From the NCBI GenBank assembly GCA_030704765.1, contig JAUYDD010000164.1, positions 1 to 35,081 on the forward strand: a stretch of DNA of 35,081 nucleotides, given 5' to 3'. Below, one piece after another: positions 16,139 to 26,080 of this stretch (positions are counted from its first letter, which is position 1; the number at the start of each line of letters is the position of its first letter). The notes below the pieces were generated by a model. That model searched no databases. It had not been told where the DNA came from and saw only the letters and a list, made by a program, of their open reading frames with translations. The translations under genes and the position numbers were made by a program. The DNA is from Nanobdellota archaeon. GTDB lineage: Archaea; Nanobdellota; Nanobdellia; Pacearchaeales; GW2011-AR1.

Positions 16139-17830
16139 ATGGAAGAGTCGAAAGGGGAAATTGAAAAAAGAAAATTAAAGTTAAAGGAAAAATTATTCTC
16201 TTGGATGCAAGATAATTATGACAGAGTTTTTTTATTAGTACTGATAGCTGCTTTTTTTATAAGGCTGTGGATATTTTATGGAACTATAGACCAACCGTTA
16301 TGGTATGATGGGGCAAGTTATATGGGTGCTGCAAGAAAATGGGGACTTGGGCTTCAAATATCTGATATTTGGTATTATAGAAGAGGTTTTTTATTTCCAT
16401 TATTAGGGGCTTTAATTTTTAAATTAGGCCTTGGAGAAACTGGAATGAGATTTTTAATATTATTATTATCAACTGGAATAGTAGGCATATCTTACTTTAT
16501 AATAAAAGATATGTTTGATAAAGAGAAAGCATTAATGGTTACAATCGGGCTTACTTTTTCTTGGGTAATATTATTCTTTACAGGCAGGATTTTAACAGAT
16601 ATTCCAGCTGCATTTCTTGTACTTACTTCTTTATTCTTTTTTTATAAGGGTTATGTATTAGACAAAGGGAAAAAGTACCTTTATTTATTTGCAATTTTCT
16701 TTGCTATTGCGTGTTTAACAAGGATGCAAACCCTGATGTTTGCACCTGCCTTTTTTATATATGTAATATTAAAAGAAAAAACAAAAATAATCAAAAATAA
16801 AAATTTGTGGATAACCGCACTTATATTTTTCATACTCCTTATACCTAATTTCGTTGTATATTACCAGCATTATGGTAATCCATTTACAGACATTCTCTCG
16901 CATTATTTTGGTGTTTCAGGAGTATCTAAGACTAGTGATGTAGCTGACAGGACAACAGCAACATTATTTAATTATATAAAAGAGCTCCCATATATTTTAG
17001 ATGGAAATAGCACTCCTAAAGCTACAAAGCCCTTATTCATGATTTTTTTAATAGGATTTGTGTTGTTTTTCTATGATCTATTATTAGGCATAGATAAACT
17101 ATCTAAAAACGAATCTTTACAAAAAAAGTTTTTTATTTTAAGCTGGATATTAATACCATTTCTAATTTTAGGCTATATCACTGAATATCCAGAGCATAGA
17201 TATATAACTGCTTGTCTTCCTTTCTTATTCTTGATAATCAGTTATCCTATAATAGAAATTAGGAAATATATGCAAAAATTAGGGGCAAATAAAGGAATAG
17301 CATTATTCCTTATTTTTTCTATTTTTATTGGACTTATGATATTTAATTATAATTGGTCTACTTCTTTGATAAATAACAAAAGGAATTCCTATATTGAAAT
17401 AAAAGAAACTGGATTATGGCTAAAATCTAACTCGAATCCTAAAGATGTCATATTTTCAGCATCAATGCCACAAATACAATATTATTCTGACAGAACAACC
17501 AACTATTATCTTTTTAATAAAACTGAATTTGAAAAAAATCTTACTGATATTAAACCAAGATATATAATGCTGTCTATATTTGAAGCTCATCCTGATTGGC
17601 TTTTTACAAAAGGAAATCTTCCAGATGGCTCTGGATATATGAACTCACCTTTTTTCAACATGACTATAGTATACAATACACAAGGTCAGATATTGAATTT
17701 AGACATAAAGGAAGAAGTAATAGTAAACAACATAACATACAGATTTGTTTATCCAAAAGATAGGATGAATGGAGTATTTGTATACGAAGCTGAATATCCT
17801 TATCAGAAACCTTTGAATTTTGCAATATAA
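16139..17830 (+). CDS. GT-C fold membrane glycosyltransferase (ArnT/PMT, GT39/83-like)
   Basis: 563 aa with more than 10 hydrophobic segments. Acidic first-loop motif QPLWYDGASYMGAARKW and a soluble C-terminal domain. No WWDYG (STT3) motif. Confidence 0.6.
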   Translation: MEESKGEIEKRKLKLKEKLFSWMQDNYDRVFLLVLIAAFFIRLWIFYGTIDQPLWYDGASYMGAARKWGLGLQISDIWYYRRGFLFPLLGALIFKLGLGETGMRFLILLLSTGIVGISYFIIKDMFDKEKALMVTIGLTFSWVILFFTGRILTDIPAAFLVLTSLFFFYKGYVLDKGKKYLYLFAIFFAIACLTRMQTLMFAPAFFIYVILKEKTKIIKNKNLWITALIFFILLIPNFVVYYQHYGNPFTDILSHYFGVSGVSKTSDVADRTTATLFNYIKELPYILDGNSTPKATKPLFMIFLIGFVLFFYDLLLGIDKLSKNESLQKKFFILSWILIPFLILGYITEYPEHRYITACLPFLFLIISYPIIEIRKYMQKLGANKGIALFLIFSIFIGLMIFNYNWSTSLINNKRNSYIEIKETGLWLKSNSNPKDVIFSASMPQIQYYSDRTTNYYLFNKTEFEKNLTDIKPRYIMLSIFEAHPDWLFTKGNLPDGSGYMNSPFFNMTIVYNTQGQILNLDIKEEVIVNNITYRFVYPKDRMNGVFVYEAEYPYQKPLNFAI

Positions 17831-18330
17831 CTTACAGTTAAAAAATTTATTTTTTTATCTTCTCTTAATTCAGACCTTAAAATTGATAATATCCCTTTTA
17901 TAGGCGTTATGTGGTCTTTTACTCTTTCGGATTTTCCAAGAAGTTTTCTAGCTTTTCTAGATAAATAATTTTCAGTAGGAATCGAGGTAATAAGTTCAAA
18001 ATTCGGATTCATTTTCTTAAAATTTTTTAATATACTTATAATATCCTCTTTTGGTATATGTTCGAAAACATCTAAAGCAAATATCTTTGTTGGATTAATT
18101 TTAGTATAATCAGTTATATCGCTGTGTTCTGGTGTAATATCAAAACCTATAACATTATAACCCTGCTCTTTTAATTTATTTTTTAACCATCCTGCTCCAC
18201 AACCAAAATCCAGTATAAAATCTTGTTTATTTAAATCAGCTAATTTAATTGCAAAATTAACTTTTGCTTTAGAATATCCCCTTATAATTGGATTTTTATT
18301 CAAATATGTAGCTTTAAGTTCATCTACCAT
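17803..18330 (-). CDS. Class I SAM-dependent methyltransferase
   Basis: 175 aa. FILDFGCGAGW (motif I), VIGFDITPE, IFALDVFEHIPKEDI. Its 3' end overlaps the convergent GT-C gene by 28 nt. Confidence 0.7.
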   Translation of the reverse strand: MVDELKATYLNKNPIIRGYSKAKVNFAIKLADLNKQDFILDFGCGAGWLKNKLKEQGYNVIGFDITPEHSDITDYTKINPTKIFALDVFEHIPKEDIISILKNFKKMNPNFELITSIPTENYLSRKARKLLGKSERVKDHITPIKGILSILRSELREDKKINFLTVSYIAKFKGF

Positions 18331-18331
18331 A

Positions 18332-19561
18332 TTAATCTTCTCTTATATATTTTCCAAATCTTTTATTTTGCATCTTAATATTACCTAAGTCCCCATCTAC
18401 CTCTATTAGACTAGGAAGTATCTGATAACAATACATACACATCAAGCAATCCTTATCTCCAATTGTTTTTAATTTTATAGGACAATACGCTTTCAAACAA
18501 TTATCTATTTTTTGTATTTCTTCTTTTGATAAATTTTCTTTAACTTTCATATTTTTTATATTCATATCTTCTAAGATATATTTATCTTGTTTTACTCTTA
18601 ATTTGAAAAGTAGCCAAGGTAAAAATCCTTTATTAAAGAATTTTTCAAAGGTATTTGAAAACCTGATACCAATAAAGAAATTATTCAATAATATCCTATC
18701 TAATAAAGTTTTGTTTCCTTTTTTGAATTTTGCAATTCTTTCTACCTTGCTTAAAACCTCTATATCTTTAGAAGTCAAATAACCTTTTTCAATAGCTATA
18801 TTTAGATAGGGTAATTTTTTATAATCAAGTCCCATTAGTTTAGAACATAAAAAATCAGTTATAAATGGGTCATGACCCGAGATTATAACTCCTACTTTCT
18901 TTGGAATCCCATCGCCAGGGCCTCTTCCTTCCATACCTATAAGACCGTCAACAATGATAAGGTCGGTTTTTATTATATTTGCTATAGAAACTATGTTTAA
19001 TGGAAGATTGTCATGAATTTTTCTTTTTTCTGTTCCTTTAAAACATCCTATGTAATTTTTACATGCTATTGTAATTTTTGCTTCAACATGGGTTTTTAGC
19101 TTAGGTAAATTTATAATAAAATCCGATTCTAAACATATTTTAGCTATTTCTACTTTTCCAGTTGATAAATCAACTAGTTTTCCAGGTTCAAAATTAAGAT
19201 TTATTAGTTTTACATTAAACATTTTAGCTATACTTGTTATACATAATCTTGAAAATACATCTATTCCTATATGATTTATACCGCAATTCGGACCGTCTGC
19301 GATAGTTATATTCTTATATCCTCTTTTTTTCAAAGACTTTAATACTCCTACGAGTATTCTTAAATCTGTTGAGTTTCCTGTCATTGAATTTAGATCGTTA
19401 TTAAAATTAGGTTTTAATAGTATTTTAGAATTCTTTTTTTTAGGAAAAATCTTAGAATTATCCTTAAATATAGTCTCTACATCCTTTTCTATCTCTGTTA
19501 CATCTTTAGACCTATATAAAGAAATAGCATCTTTCTCAAAAATAAATTTATTTTCTATCAT
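18332..19561 (-). CDS. DUF362-family protein with C-terminal Cys-rich (Fe-S-like) extension
   Basis: 409 aa. KILLKPNFNNDL...TGNSTDLRILVGVLKSLKKRGYKNITIADGP and IIVDGLIGMEGRGPGDGIPKKVGVIISGHDPFITDF match the DUF362 pattern. C-terminal CPIKLKTIGDKDCLMCMYC. Confidence 0.55.
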   Translation of the reverse strand: MIENKFIFEKDAISLYRSKDVTEIEKDVETIFKDNSKIFPKKKNSKILLKPNFNNDLNSMTGNSTDLRILVGVLKSLKKRGYKNITIADGPNCGINHIGIDVFSRLCITSIAKMFNVKLINLNFEPGKLVDLSTGKVEIAKICLESDFIINLPKLKTHVEAKITIACKNYIGCFKGTEKRKIHDNLPLNIVSIANIIKTDLIIVDGLIGMEGRGPGDGIPKKVGVIISGHDPFITDFLCSKLMGLDYKKLPYLNIAIEKGYLTSKDIEVLSKVERIAKFKKGNKTLLDRILLNNFFIGIRFSNTFEKFFNKGFLPWLLFKLRVKQDKYILEDMNIKNMKVKENLSKEEIQKIDNCLKAYCPIKLKTIGDKDCLMCMYCYQILPSLIEVDGDLGNIKMQNKRFGKYIRED

Positions 19562-20646
19562 TTTAAAAAATTTATGACTTCTTTCATTTTTATTTTTTTA
19601 GGTATTTTAACATTAGATATAAGAAAACCATTTAACTCTTTATTATCTGGATAAATATGCATTGAAACAAATCCTTTATTTTTTTCTTGATAAAAATTTG
19701 GAAAAAAATAATTTCCTTTTTCTAAATAGATTATTAAATCTCCGTATTTTTTTTCAAAAGGGATTTTATATTCTTTTGCTTTTTTTGTATCTAAAATTTT
19801 TATCTCTTTATGATTTTTAATTATAGATATGATTTCATTTCTCACATCCTCATTCTTAAACCAAATACTAACTGTTGTACCTCCAATAAAATAAAGGTAA
19901 TCCTTTCTTTTTGGCAATGAACTTCTTATATCAATATATTTTTTTATATCTGAAAAACCATGGTCAGACCATAAAAATATTTCTCCATCAGGATTATTCT
20001 CTAAAAACTTGATTACTGACTTTTTTATTAATTCATCAGTCTCATATAATGCTGTTTTTATTTTATTGCTTCTTTTTCCAAATTTATGTAAAGTTTTATC
20101 AATTTTCATTATTTGAACATAATATATTTCTTTATTTTTTATTGATAATAATCTTGATAAACGTTCAGAATCCTTTTCATTTCTTAAAATGATTTTTTCC
20201 TTGCCATCTACTACAAAAAAAGGCCATTTATAAAACACATATCTCTTATTCTTAAAAAAATCAAGTTTCCATAACCCTTCTTTAGCTGAAGTATCAAAAA
20301 ATCTTAGTTTGTCATCGGGTATATTATGGAGTCCAGACATCCAAGTGCGTTTATTCTTTAGTTGCAAATAAGCTCCTATATAATCTCTGAGTCTTCCTAT
20401 TCCAAATATCTTCATAAGCAATGAATTAAAAATAGAATTATCACTTTTTTCAAATTCTAACCAGATTTTTGATTCTATTGGATCTTTTCCTGAAAAAAAA
20501 CTATATTCAAGACCAGTTGATGCAAATAAAGTTACAAGATCAGAAATATAGTTCTTTTTTGAATAACTATATAAAAAGGGAGTATTTTCTTCTGAAACAA
20601 GGTCTTTGCCTAGCCCATCTATACATATTATTAGTTTCGGTTTCAT
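19558..20646 (-). CDS. Alkaline-phosphatase-superfamily enzyme (type I phosphodiesterase/nucleotide pyrophosphatase-like)
   Basis: 362 aa. KLIICIDGLGKDLVSEENTPFLYS (metal-binding Asp strand) and IFLWSDHGFSD (DHG metal motif). ATGA-type 4-nt overlap with the upstream gene. Confidence 0.55.
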   Translation of the reverse strand: MKPKLIICIDGLGKDLVSEENTPFLYSYSKKNYISDLVTLFASTGLEYSFFSGKDPIESKIWLEFEKSDNSIFNSLLMKIFGIGRLRDYIGAYLQLKNKRTWMSGLHNIPDDKLRFFDTSAKEGLWKLDFFKNKRYVFYKWPFFVVDGKEKIILRNEKDSERLSRLLSIKNKEIYYVQIMKIDKTLHKFGKRSNKIKTALYETDELIKKSVIKFLENNPDGEIFLWSDHGFSDIKKYIDIRSSLPKRKDYLYFIGGTTVSIWFKNEDVRNEIISIIKNHKEIKILDTKKAKEYKIPFEKKYGDLIIYLEKGNYFFPNFYQEKNKGFVSMHIYPDNKELNGFLISNVKIPKKIKMKEVINFLK

Positions 20647-21932
20647 TAAATTTTTTGAAGGAAAAATGCTATATAAGCATTTGCATATTCTAATGACAAA
20701 TCTTCCCAGTTTTCTGATTTTACAGGATACACTTTTTTTAATAGAATCCTAGATTTTTCAATATTTTCGCTTTCATTGTTTTCTATACCTGTAATAAGAT
20801 ATATTAAAGAAGCAAATATAATGAGGTCTGGAGAACTATTAAAAAATAATCTTTTATAAGTTATACCTAGGGATTTTAATCTTTTATAATACTTATATTT
20901 CATTATTAATGTTAAGATTGGAAGAAATATAACTGAAATATTACTAAAATTTATACCTGACTTTTTTTTAATTATTTCTTTTAGATAAGGCATATAAAAA
21001 TCCTTCCTCATTTCCAAGATATTTTTAGATAAATCAGTTATATTGTTAATTTCTTTTTTTAAAAAATTATTAAAAAAATATTTTGAAACTTCTAATATAG
21101 AATCTCTTGCTATAAACCACTCTTTTACAACATCCTTATTTGGAAGTTTTTTTGGATCAATTTTCCATTTAATAAATTCTTCTATTTTTTTATCAAGAGA
21201 TGGTATAACCTTAAAAAGTTCTGGAAAATCAGTTTTATAATTTTTTTTAAATATCAACATTGAATTTTTATATCCTATTTCATATTTTCCTGAAACTAAT
21301 AATAAAGAAGTACAAATTGCAGCATAAGCTTGTTGAATTATGTAGGTTAAAAATTCCTTATCATGTTTGTCTTCTTTTGAAAAATATTCTATCATCTGGC
21401 TCATCCTATCCAATAATAGCTTTGCACCTTCTGACAAAGGCATTTCTTCTAATTTATATTCGGGAATTAAATCTCGAACGTCTTCACCAAACAATATATA
21501 AGAATATTTTTTTAATTCAATTGTCCTTATTCTTGGAAGAAGTTTTTTTAAATCATTTGGAGTATCGACCTTTAAATCTATATAAAAATTTTCTTGTAAT
21601 TTTTGTTCTTCTTTTTTAAATGGATAAAAATTTATTATGCCTTTATATCCTAATTTTTTAGATATTTCTATGGATAATCTGTCTGAATCTTCCTTAGATA
21701 GCTTAGTTTTAGATATCACTTGTATATCATAATCATTATAAGGATAATATTTTTTATTAATTAATTTTACTGGACCTTCTCCCCTTGAAAAACCTCCGGT
21801 TAGTATTATTGAAATAGTATCAGGAATAGATTTTTTTATTTCTTCGCAAATTAATTCCATATCTTTTTCGATTTTCTCATTTGCTTTTTTTGAAATAGTG
21901 TACTTCATTTTACCTTTTAAATAAGAAATCAT
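20646..21932 (-). CDS. Hypothetical protein, possible Pol-beta-type nucleotidyltransferase fold
   Basis: 428 aa. SIILTGGFSRGEG ... YNDYDIQVIS loosely fits hG[GS]...D-x-D. The rest is helical and unrecognised. A Met at codon 9 (nt 21908) would remove the 23-nt overlap with the upstream gene. Confidence 0.35.
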   Translation of the reverse strand: MISYLKGKMKYTISKKANEKIEKDMELICEEIKKSIPDTISIILTGGFSRGEGPVKLINKKYYPYNDYDIQVISKTKLSKEDSDRLSIEISKKLGYKGIINFYPFKKEEQKLQENFYIDLKVDTPNDLKKLLPRIRTIELKKYSYILFGEDVRDLIPEYKLEEMPLSEGAKLLLDRMSQMIEYFSKEDKHDKEFLTYIIQQAYAAICTSLLLVSGKYEIGYKNSMLIFKKNYKTDFPELFKVIPSLDKKIEEFIKWKIDPKKLPNKDVVKEWFIARDSILEVSKYFFNNFLKKEINNITDLSKNILEMRKDFYMPYLKEIIKKKSGINFSNISVIFLPILTLIMKYKYYKRLKSLGITYKRLFFNSSPDLIIFASLIYLITGIENNESENIEKSRILLKKVYPVKSENWEDLSLEYANAYIAFFLQKI

Positions 21933-23397
21933 TTAAATGACCGAGGACAGCTTTTATTCCTCTTAAATTAAACTTGAAATCTTGCCAGTTTTTTATGCCT
22001 TTTATCCTAGTAAAAATATATTTTGGTGTTAAAAATATAGTATAAATTTTTCCACAGACTTTTGCTACATCTTTAGCATCTGAATCTTTTGTCATTAATA
22101 CTGGTTCAGTCATATCATATCTTTCGTAGTCTAGTGGATTGAATAAAAACCAATTGTTTTCTTTTGCTTCTTTCCATAATGGAGTTCCTGGATAAGGTAT
22201 CAAAACAGTTGCTTGTAATAAATCAGCTTTTCCAGATTGCATAAGAATTTTAGCTAATTCAAAGGTTTTAAGTGCATCTTCTTTTGTTTCCCAAGGATAG
22301 CCAACAATCATTGTCAAATGCACTGTTAAGCCTGCAAGTTTCGCCATTTCACATCCTTTTATTATATCTTCGACTTTTATTCCTTTATTTAGCTTATCTA
22401 AAGTGGATTGGTTAGCAGACTCAAGTCCAAATTTTAATAATCTAAAGCCTGCTTTTTTCATAAGATAATAATCCTCTTGATCTAAACATCCAAATCTCAT
22501 ATTACAAGAATAATATATTTTTTTATTATAACCTCTTTCTATTAAACCATTACAGATGTCTTTTAACCATTTTCCTGTTGTCAAGGTTCCAGAGTCATCA
22601 AATATTTCCTTCACATTATACTTTTCAATTAATAATCCTATTTCATCTAAAACATTTTTTACGCTCCTGTTTCTGAATTTAGGATAGAGAACGGGCCAGG
22701 CACAAAAAAGGCATTTTCCCCACCAACAATCTCTTCCAGACATAATATAGAAAAAAGGCTTTCCTATCAGGTTATATTCTTTTTCATAATTTTTCCATTT
22801 TGTAAGTTCCCGATCTATAAATGGCAATGCATCTAGAATGTGCTTCAGTTGGAATTTTCCATTATTAATAATAGTTTTTCCTTTTTTATAATAAATCCCT
22901 GCAGGAATCTTCTTATTTTTTATAAGAGCTTCTATTAATTCATCCAATAATATATCAAAATCTCCTCCGCATAAAACAAAATCTACTTTAGAGTTTTCTA
23001 TAGATTCTTGTGGAAAAGAGGTCACATGATCTCCCATAATAATAATTCTTAATTTAGGAAACTTTTCTTTTAATTCATCAATAAGTTTCCAATGTTGCTT
23101 TATTACAGGTGTTTTTGTCTCAAAAGCAAATATTTGAGGTTTTTCTTTTTCTATAAATAATAAAAAATCTTCAAAAGAAGTCTTTTCTGCAATTGAATCA
23201 TGCCAAACAACTTCATGGCCTTTAGCTTTTAATAGAGTAGCTGCACTAGCTAAGACTATTGGAAAAATATAACTAGGATTGCTAAACCACTGGAATTGCC
23301 TATTTTGCGACAACAAAGGAATTCCTTTTTCAGATTCTGTTGGAGGATAGCCTATTAAGAGTTTCATTTTATCAAAAAACCTTTTTAAAATGCCCAT
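21910..23397 (-). CDS. B12-binding-domain radical SAM enzyme with CX4CX2C cluster spacing
   Basis: 495 aa. N-terminal Rossmann-type domain (LLKAKGHEVVWHDS, IIMGDHVTSFPQE, VLCGGDFDILLDEL), then SGRDCWWGKCLFCAW. Alternative start at Met11 (nt 23367). Confidence 0.75.
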   Translation of the reverse strand: MGILKRFFDKMKLLIGYPPTESEKGIPLLSQNRQFQWFSNPSYIFPIVLASAATLLKAKGHEVVWHDSIAEKTSFEDFLLFIEKEKPQIFAFETKTPVIKQHWKLIDELKEKFPKLRIIIMGDHVTSFPQESIENSKVDFVLCGGDFDILLDELIEALIKNKKIPAGIYYKKGKTIINNGKFQLKHILDALPFIDRELTKWKNYEKEYNLIGKPFFYIMSGRDCWWGKCLFCAWPVLYPKFRNRSVKNVLDEIGLLIEKYNVKEIFDDSGTLTTGKWLKDICNGLIERGYNKKIYYSCNMRFGCLDQEDYYLMKKAGFRLLKFGLESANQSTLDKLNKGIKVEDIIKGCEMAKLAGLTVHLTMIVGYPWETKEDALKTFELAKILMQSGKADLLQATVLIPYPGTPLWKEAKENNWFLFNPLDYERYDMTEPVLMTKDSDAKDVAKVCGKIYTIFLTPKYIFTRIKGIKNWQDFKFNLRGIKAVLGHLNDFLFKR

Positions 23398-24328
23398 AAA
23401 TCATTCCAGCACCATAGCTTAAATGAATCATAGGATAGATAAAAGGTAAAACAAAAAAAGCTTTAAAATCTTTGTTTTTTGTTGAATCATATAAAGCGAA
23501 TAAAATCGCTAGAATAATATACAAAATCAAAGGTCCAAATAACACGTGGCTAAATAGGGTTATTTTTTCATTTGCACCGATAATAGCACCTGTTATTGAA
23601 ACTTTTAATAAAACATAAAAAATCAAGGTTAAAATATAAATAAAAAACAAACTTGGAATAATAAAGAATGGCATTTTTAAAGTTTCAAAAAAGCTTTCTT
23701 TTTTTGGCCTTACTTTCCCATAATTAAATATCTGCTTAGAAAGCCCCTTTGGGCCTGCTCTTCTTTTATGATAAATTATTAAATTAGGATTATAAGCAAC
23801 TTTAAATCCCTGTTTTTTTGCATCATAAATAAACCTAGGGTCTTCACCTGGAAATAATTTAGGATCAAAATTTATATTTTCCATGACTTTTCTTCTGCAA
23901 AATAAAATAGCAGAAGTAACACAGGTTTCATCAGTATCACAGATTATTTTTCCTTCGCAATACCTATTAGCCATTTTCCAAGCACCGAATTTAGAGGATA
24001 ATGCATATCCAGAAATTTTTCCAAAACCTCTTTGTTCTTGAGGTGTTAATTGAACTCCTCCAACAATAGCTATATCTGGGTTTTGTTTTAAGAAATCATC
24101 TGCATTTTTTAATAAATCAGGGCTAATAAAAGCATCATCATCAATAAAACCTATAATTTCCCCTTTAGCTTTTTTAAAACCCCTGTTCCTGTTATCACTT
24201 GGATTTAATCCTTTTTCTATTATTATCTCAAAATCCTTTTTTGGGTAATCAATATTTTTTAAGCTTTCTACAACTTCTGCTTTCCTATCAGGCGCTACTG
24301 CAATTACAATTGAAAACTTCATCTTCAT
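23372..24328 (-). CDS. Glycosyltransferase family 2 with C-terminal transmembrane segments
   Basis: 318 aa. FSIVIAVAPDRKAEVVESLKNIDYP, NRNRGFKKAKGEIIGFIDDDAF (DxD), and three or four hydrophobic helices after aa 215. Confidence 0.7.
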   Translation of the reverse strand: MKMKFSIVIAVAPDRKAEVVESLKNIDYPKKDFEIIIEKGLNPSDNRNRGFKKAKGEIIGFIDDDAFISPDLLKNADDFLKQNPDIAIVGGVQLTPQEQRGFGKISGYALSSKFGAWKMANRYCEGKIICDTDETCVTSAILFCRRKVMENINFDPKLFPGEDPRFIYDAKKQGFKVAYNPNLIIYHKRRAGPKGLSKQIFNYGKVRPKKESFFETLKMPFFIIPSLFFIYILTLIFYVLLKVSITGAIIGANEKITLFSHVLFGPLILYIILAILFALYDSTKNKDFKAFFVLPFIYPMIHLSYGAGMIYGHFKKVF

Positions 24329-24368
24329 AGATAAAATAAAGGGATTATAAACTTTCTTGTGATATAAT

Positions 24369-25151
24369 TTAATGGAATTTTATATTTTCAGGAAGCTTTC
24401 TATATAATCTGACTACAAATCTGAAAGGTGAGTGAATAATCCTAAGCCTAATGACTGACAAAAACATTGTAATAGGAGTTCTTCTTAAGTTTACAGTAGA
24501 ATTTGTTTTATCTTCCCACGTAGTTGGTATAGATTTAATTCTTGCACCAGCTCTTCTTGAATAAAACAATAAATCAACATCAAAGCTCCATTTTAAGCTT
24601 GAACCTAGTTTTGGTATTATATTTATTAATAACTCCCTTTTAAATAGTTTAGCACCGCATTGAGTGTCCCTATGTGAAAACAAAAATAAGCTTCTAACAA
24701 TAACATTAAATCCCCTAGAAAGTATTCTTCTTAAGATAGTTTGTTTAGTCTTTATATTGCTTCTTTTGTCCCATCTATTTGGAATAACTCCGTCAAAATT
24801 TTTTATATGCAAGATTAAATCATTAAACGCTTCCGGTGGAGTTGCCATGTCTGCATCAACAAATCCTATAAGTTCAAACCTTTTTTCAACAGCGTATTTA
24901 AAACCTTCTATAATAGCAAAACCTTTTCCACCTTGTAAAAAATTAAGATAGTTTATTTCTTTATATTTCTTAGAATAAGATTTTACAATCTCTTCTGTCC
25001 TGTCTTGGGTATTATTAATGACAACAAGAATTTCAAAATCAAGAAATTTATTTTTTTTCTTTTCAGAAAAAAAGCTTGCATATCCTTCTAATGTTTTGCC
25101 AATCCTTTGTTCTTCATTATAAGCTGGTATGACTATGCAAACTCTAACCAT
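24369..25151 (-). CDS. GT2 polyprenyl/dolichyl-phosphate hexosyltransferase-like (DPM1/GtrB-like)
   Basis: 260 aa. VCIVIPAYNEEQRIGKTLE, ILVVINNTQDRTEEIV, GKGFAIIEGF, IGFVDADMATPP, QCGAKLF. Confidence 0.7.
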   Translation of the reverse strand: MVRVCIVIPAYNEEQRIGKTLEGYASFFSEKKKNKFLDFEILVVINNTQDRTEEIVKSYSKKYKEINYLNFLQGGKGFAIIEGFKYAVEKRFELIGFVDADMATPPEAFNDLILHIKNFDGVIPNRWDKRSNIKTKQTILRRILSRGFNVIVRSLFLFSHRDTQCGAKLFKRELLINIIPKLGSSLKWSFDVDLLFYSRRAGARIKSIPTTWEDKTNSTVNLRRTPITMFLSVIRLRIIHSPFRFVVRLYRKLPENIKFH

Positions 25152-25156
25152 GGAAT

Positions 25157-26080
25157 TTATTCATTTTTAAAGGTTAAAAAGCTTCCGATTACAGCAGGCA
25201 GTACTCCGCTTATAACTATTGAAACTAAAGACATTGAAAAAACCTTTGCAGCAGGAACTCCAAATAAAGAGAATAAGCTTATTAAAACCACCTCTCTAGT
25301 TCCAATCCCATTAATGCTTATTGGGAGCATTGAAATTAAAGCACTAATTGGGAAAATAGCTAAATAGTAAATAAATGAAAGCTCTATTCCAAGTGCTACT
25401 CCTATGATATATGTAACAAGATATAGAATAACCCAGGTAAAAATATTTAATGCAAAAAAGAATAAAAAATATCTCTTTTTTGGCATATTTTCATAAAAAG
25501 AATCAAAAGTTATTCTTGTTTTTTCTTTGAGTTTATTTGGAATTAATTTTTTATAAAAAACTTTTAAAATTATTCTTGCCCTTTCTTTATTTAAAAAAAT
25601 AAAAGTTAAAGATATTAAACCAATAAAAATTACAATAAAAAGATTTATAGGCAGAAAAGAAAATTTATTTTTAAAAATAAATGAGAATAATATAACAAGA
25701 GTTACTAATGAAAGGAGGTCTAAAGCTTTATCTAAAACAAAATTACATAATCCTTTTCCAATGTTTGGAGTATATTTTTTTAAATATTCAGCTCTTAAAA
25801 CTGTTCCTAATCTTGAGGGAGTTATAAAACCATAAAAATTAGTTATAAAATTTATTTTAAACGCATCTTTGAAACTTAAGTCTATACCTTGTTTAATTGC
25901 AATCACAAACCATTTTAAAGTTTGAAGAAGCAATAGAACAAATACTACAAAAAATGAAAGAATAATCAGGGAAACATCTGCATTTTTTATCTCATTTACA
26001 ACTTGATAAATGTCTATTTTTATTAATATGTATATAAATAAAATTATTCCAATTAATGAAAGATATTTTTTCCAGTTCAT
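25157..26080 (-). CDS. UPF0104 / lysyl-PG-synthase-TM-like 'flippase-like' membrane protein
   Basis: 307 aa with about 8 TM segments. ISMLPISINGIGTREVVLISLF resembles the conserved P-x-x-x-G-G-h-G-x-x-E block of this family. Confidence 0.55.
   Translation of the reverse strand: MNWKKYLSLIGIILFIYILIKIDIYQVVNEIKNADVSLIILSFFVVFVLLLLQTLKWFVIAIKQGIDLSFKDAFKINFITNFYGFITPSRLGTVLRAEYLKKYTPNIGKGLCNFVLDKALDLLSLVTLVILFSFIFKNKFSFLPINLFIVIFIGLISLTFIFLNKERARIILKVFYKKLIPNKLKEKTRITFDSFYENMPKKRYFLFFFALNIFTWVILYLVTYIIGVALGIELSFIYYLAIFPISALISMLPISINGIGTREVVLISLFSLFGVPAAKVFSMSLVSIVISGVLPAVIGSFLTFKNE

Noticed and set aside
16139-17830. AglB/STT3 oligosaccharyltransferase identity for the large polytopic proteins (also 29620..31281).
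   Set aside because: No WWDYG or DK/MI motif is visible in either sequence. The first-loop motifs and the size (553-563 aa) fit ArnT/PMT-type GT-C enzymes better.
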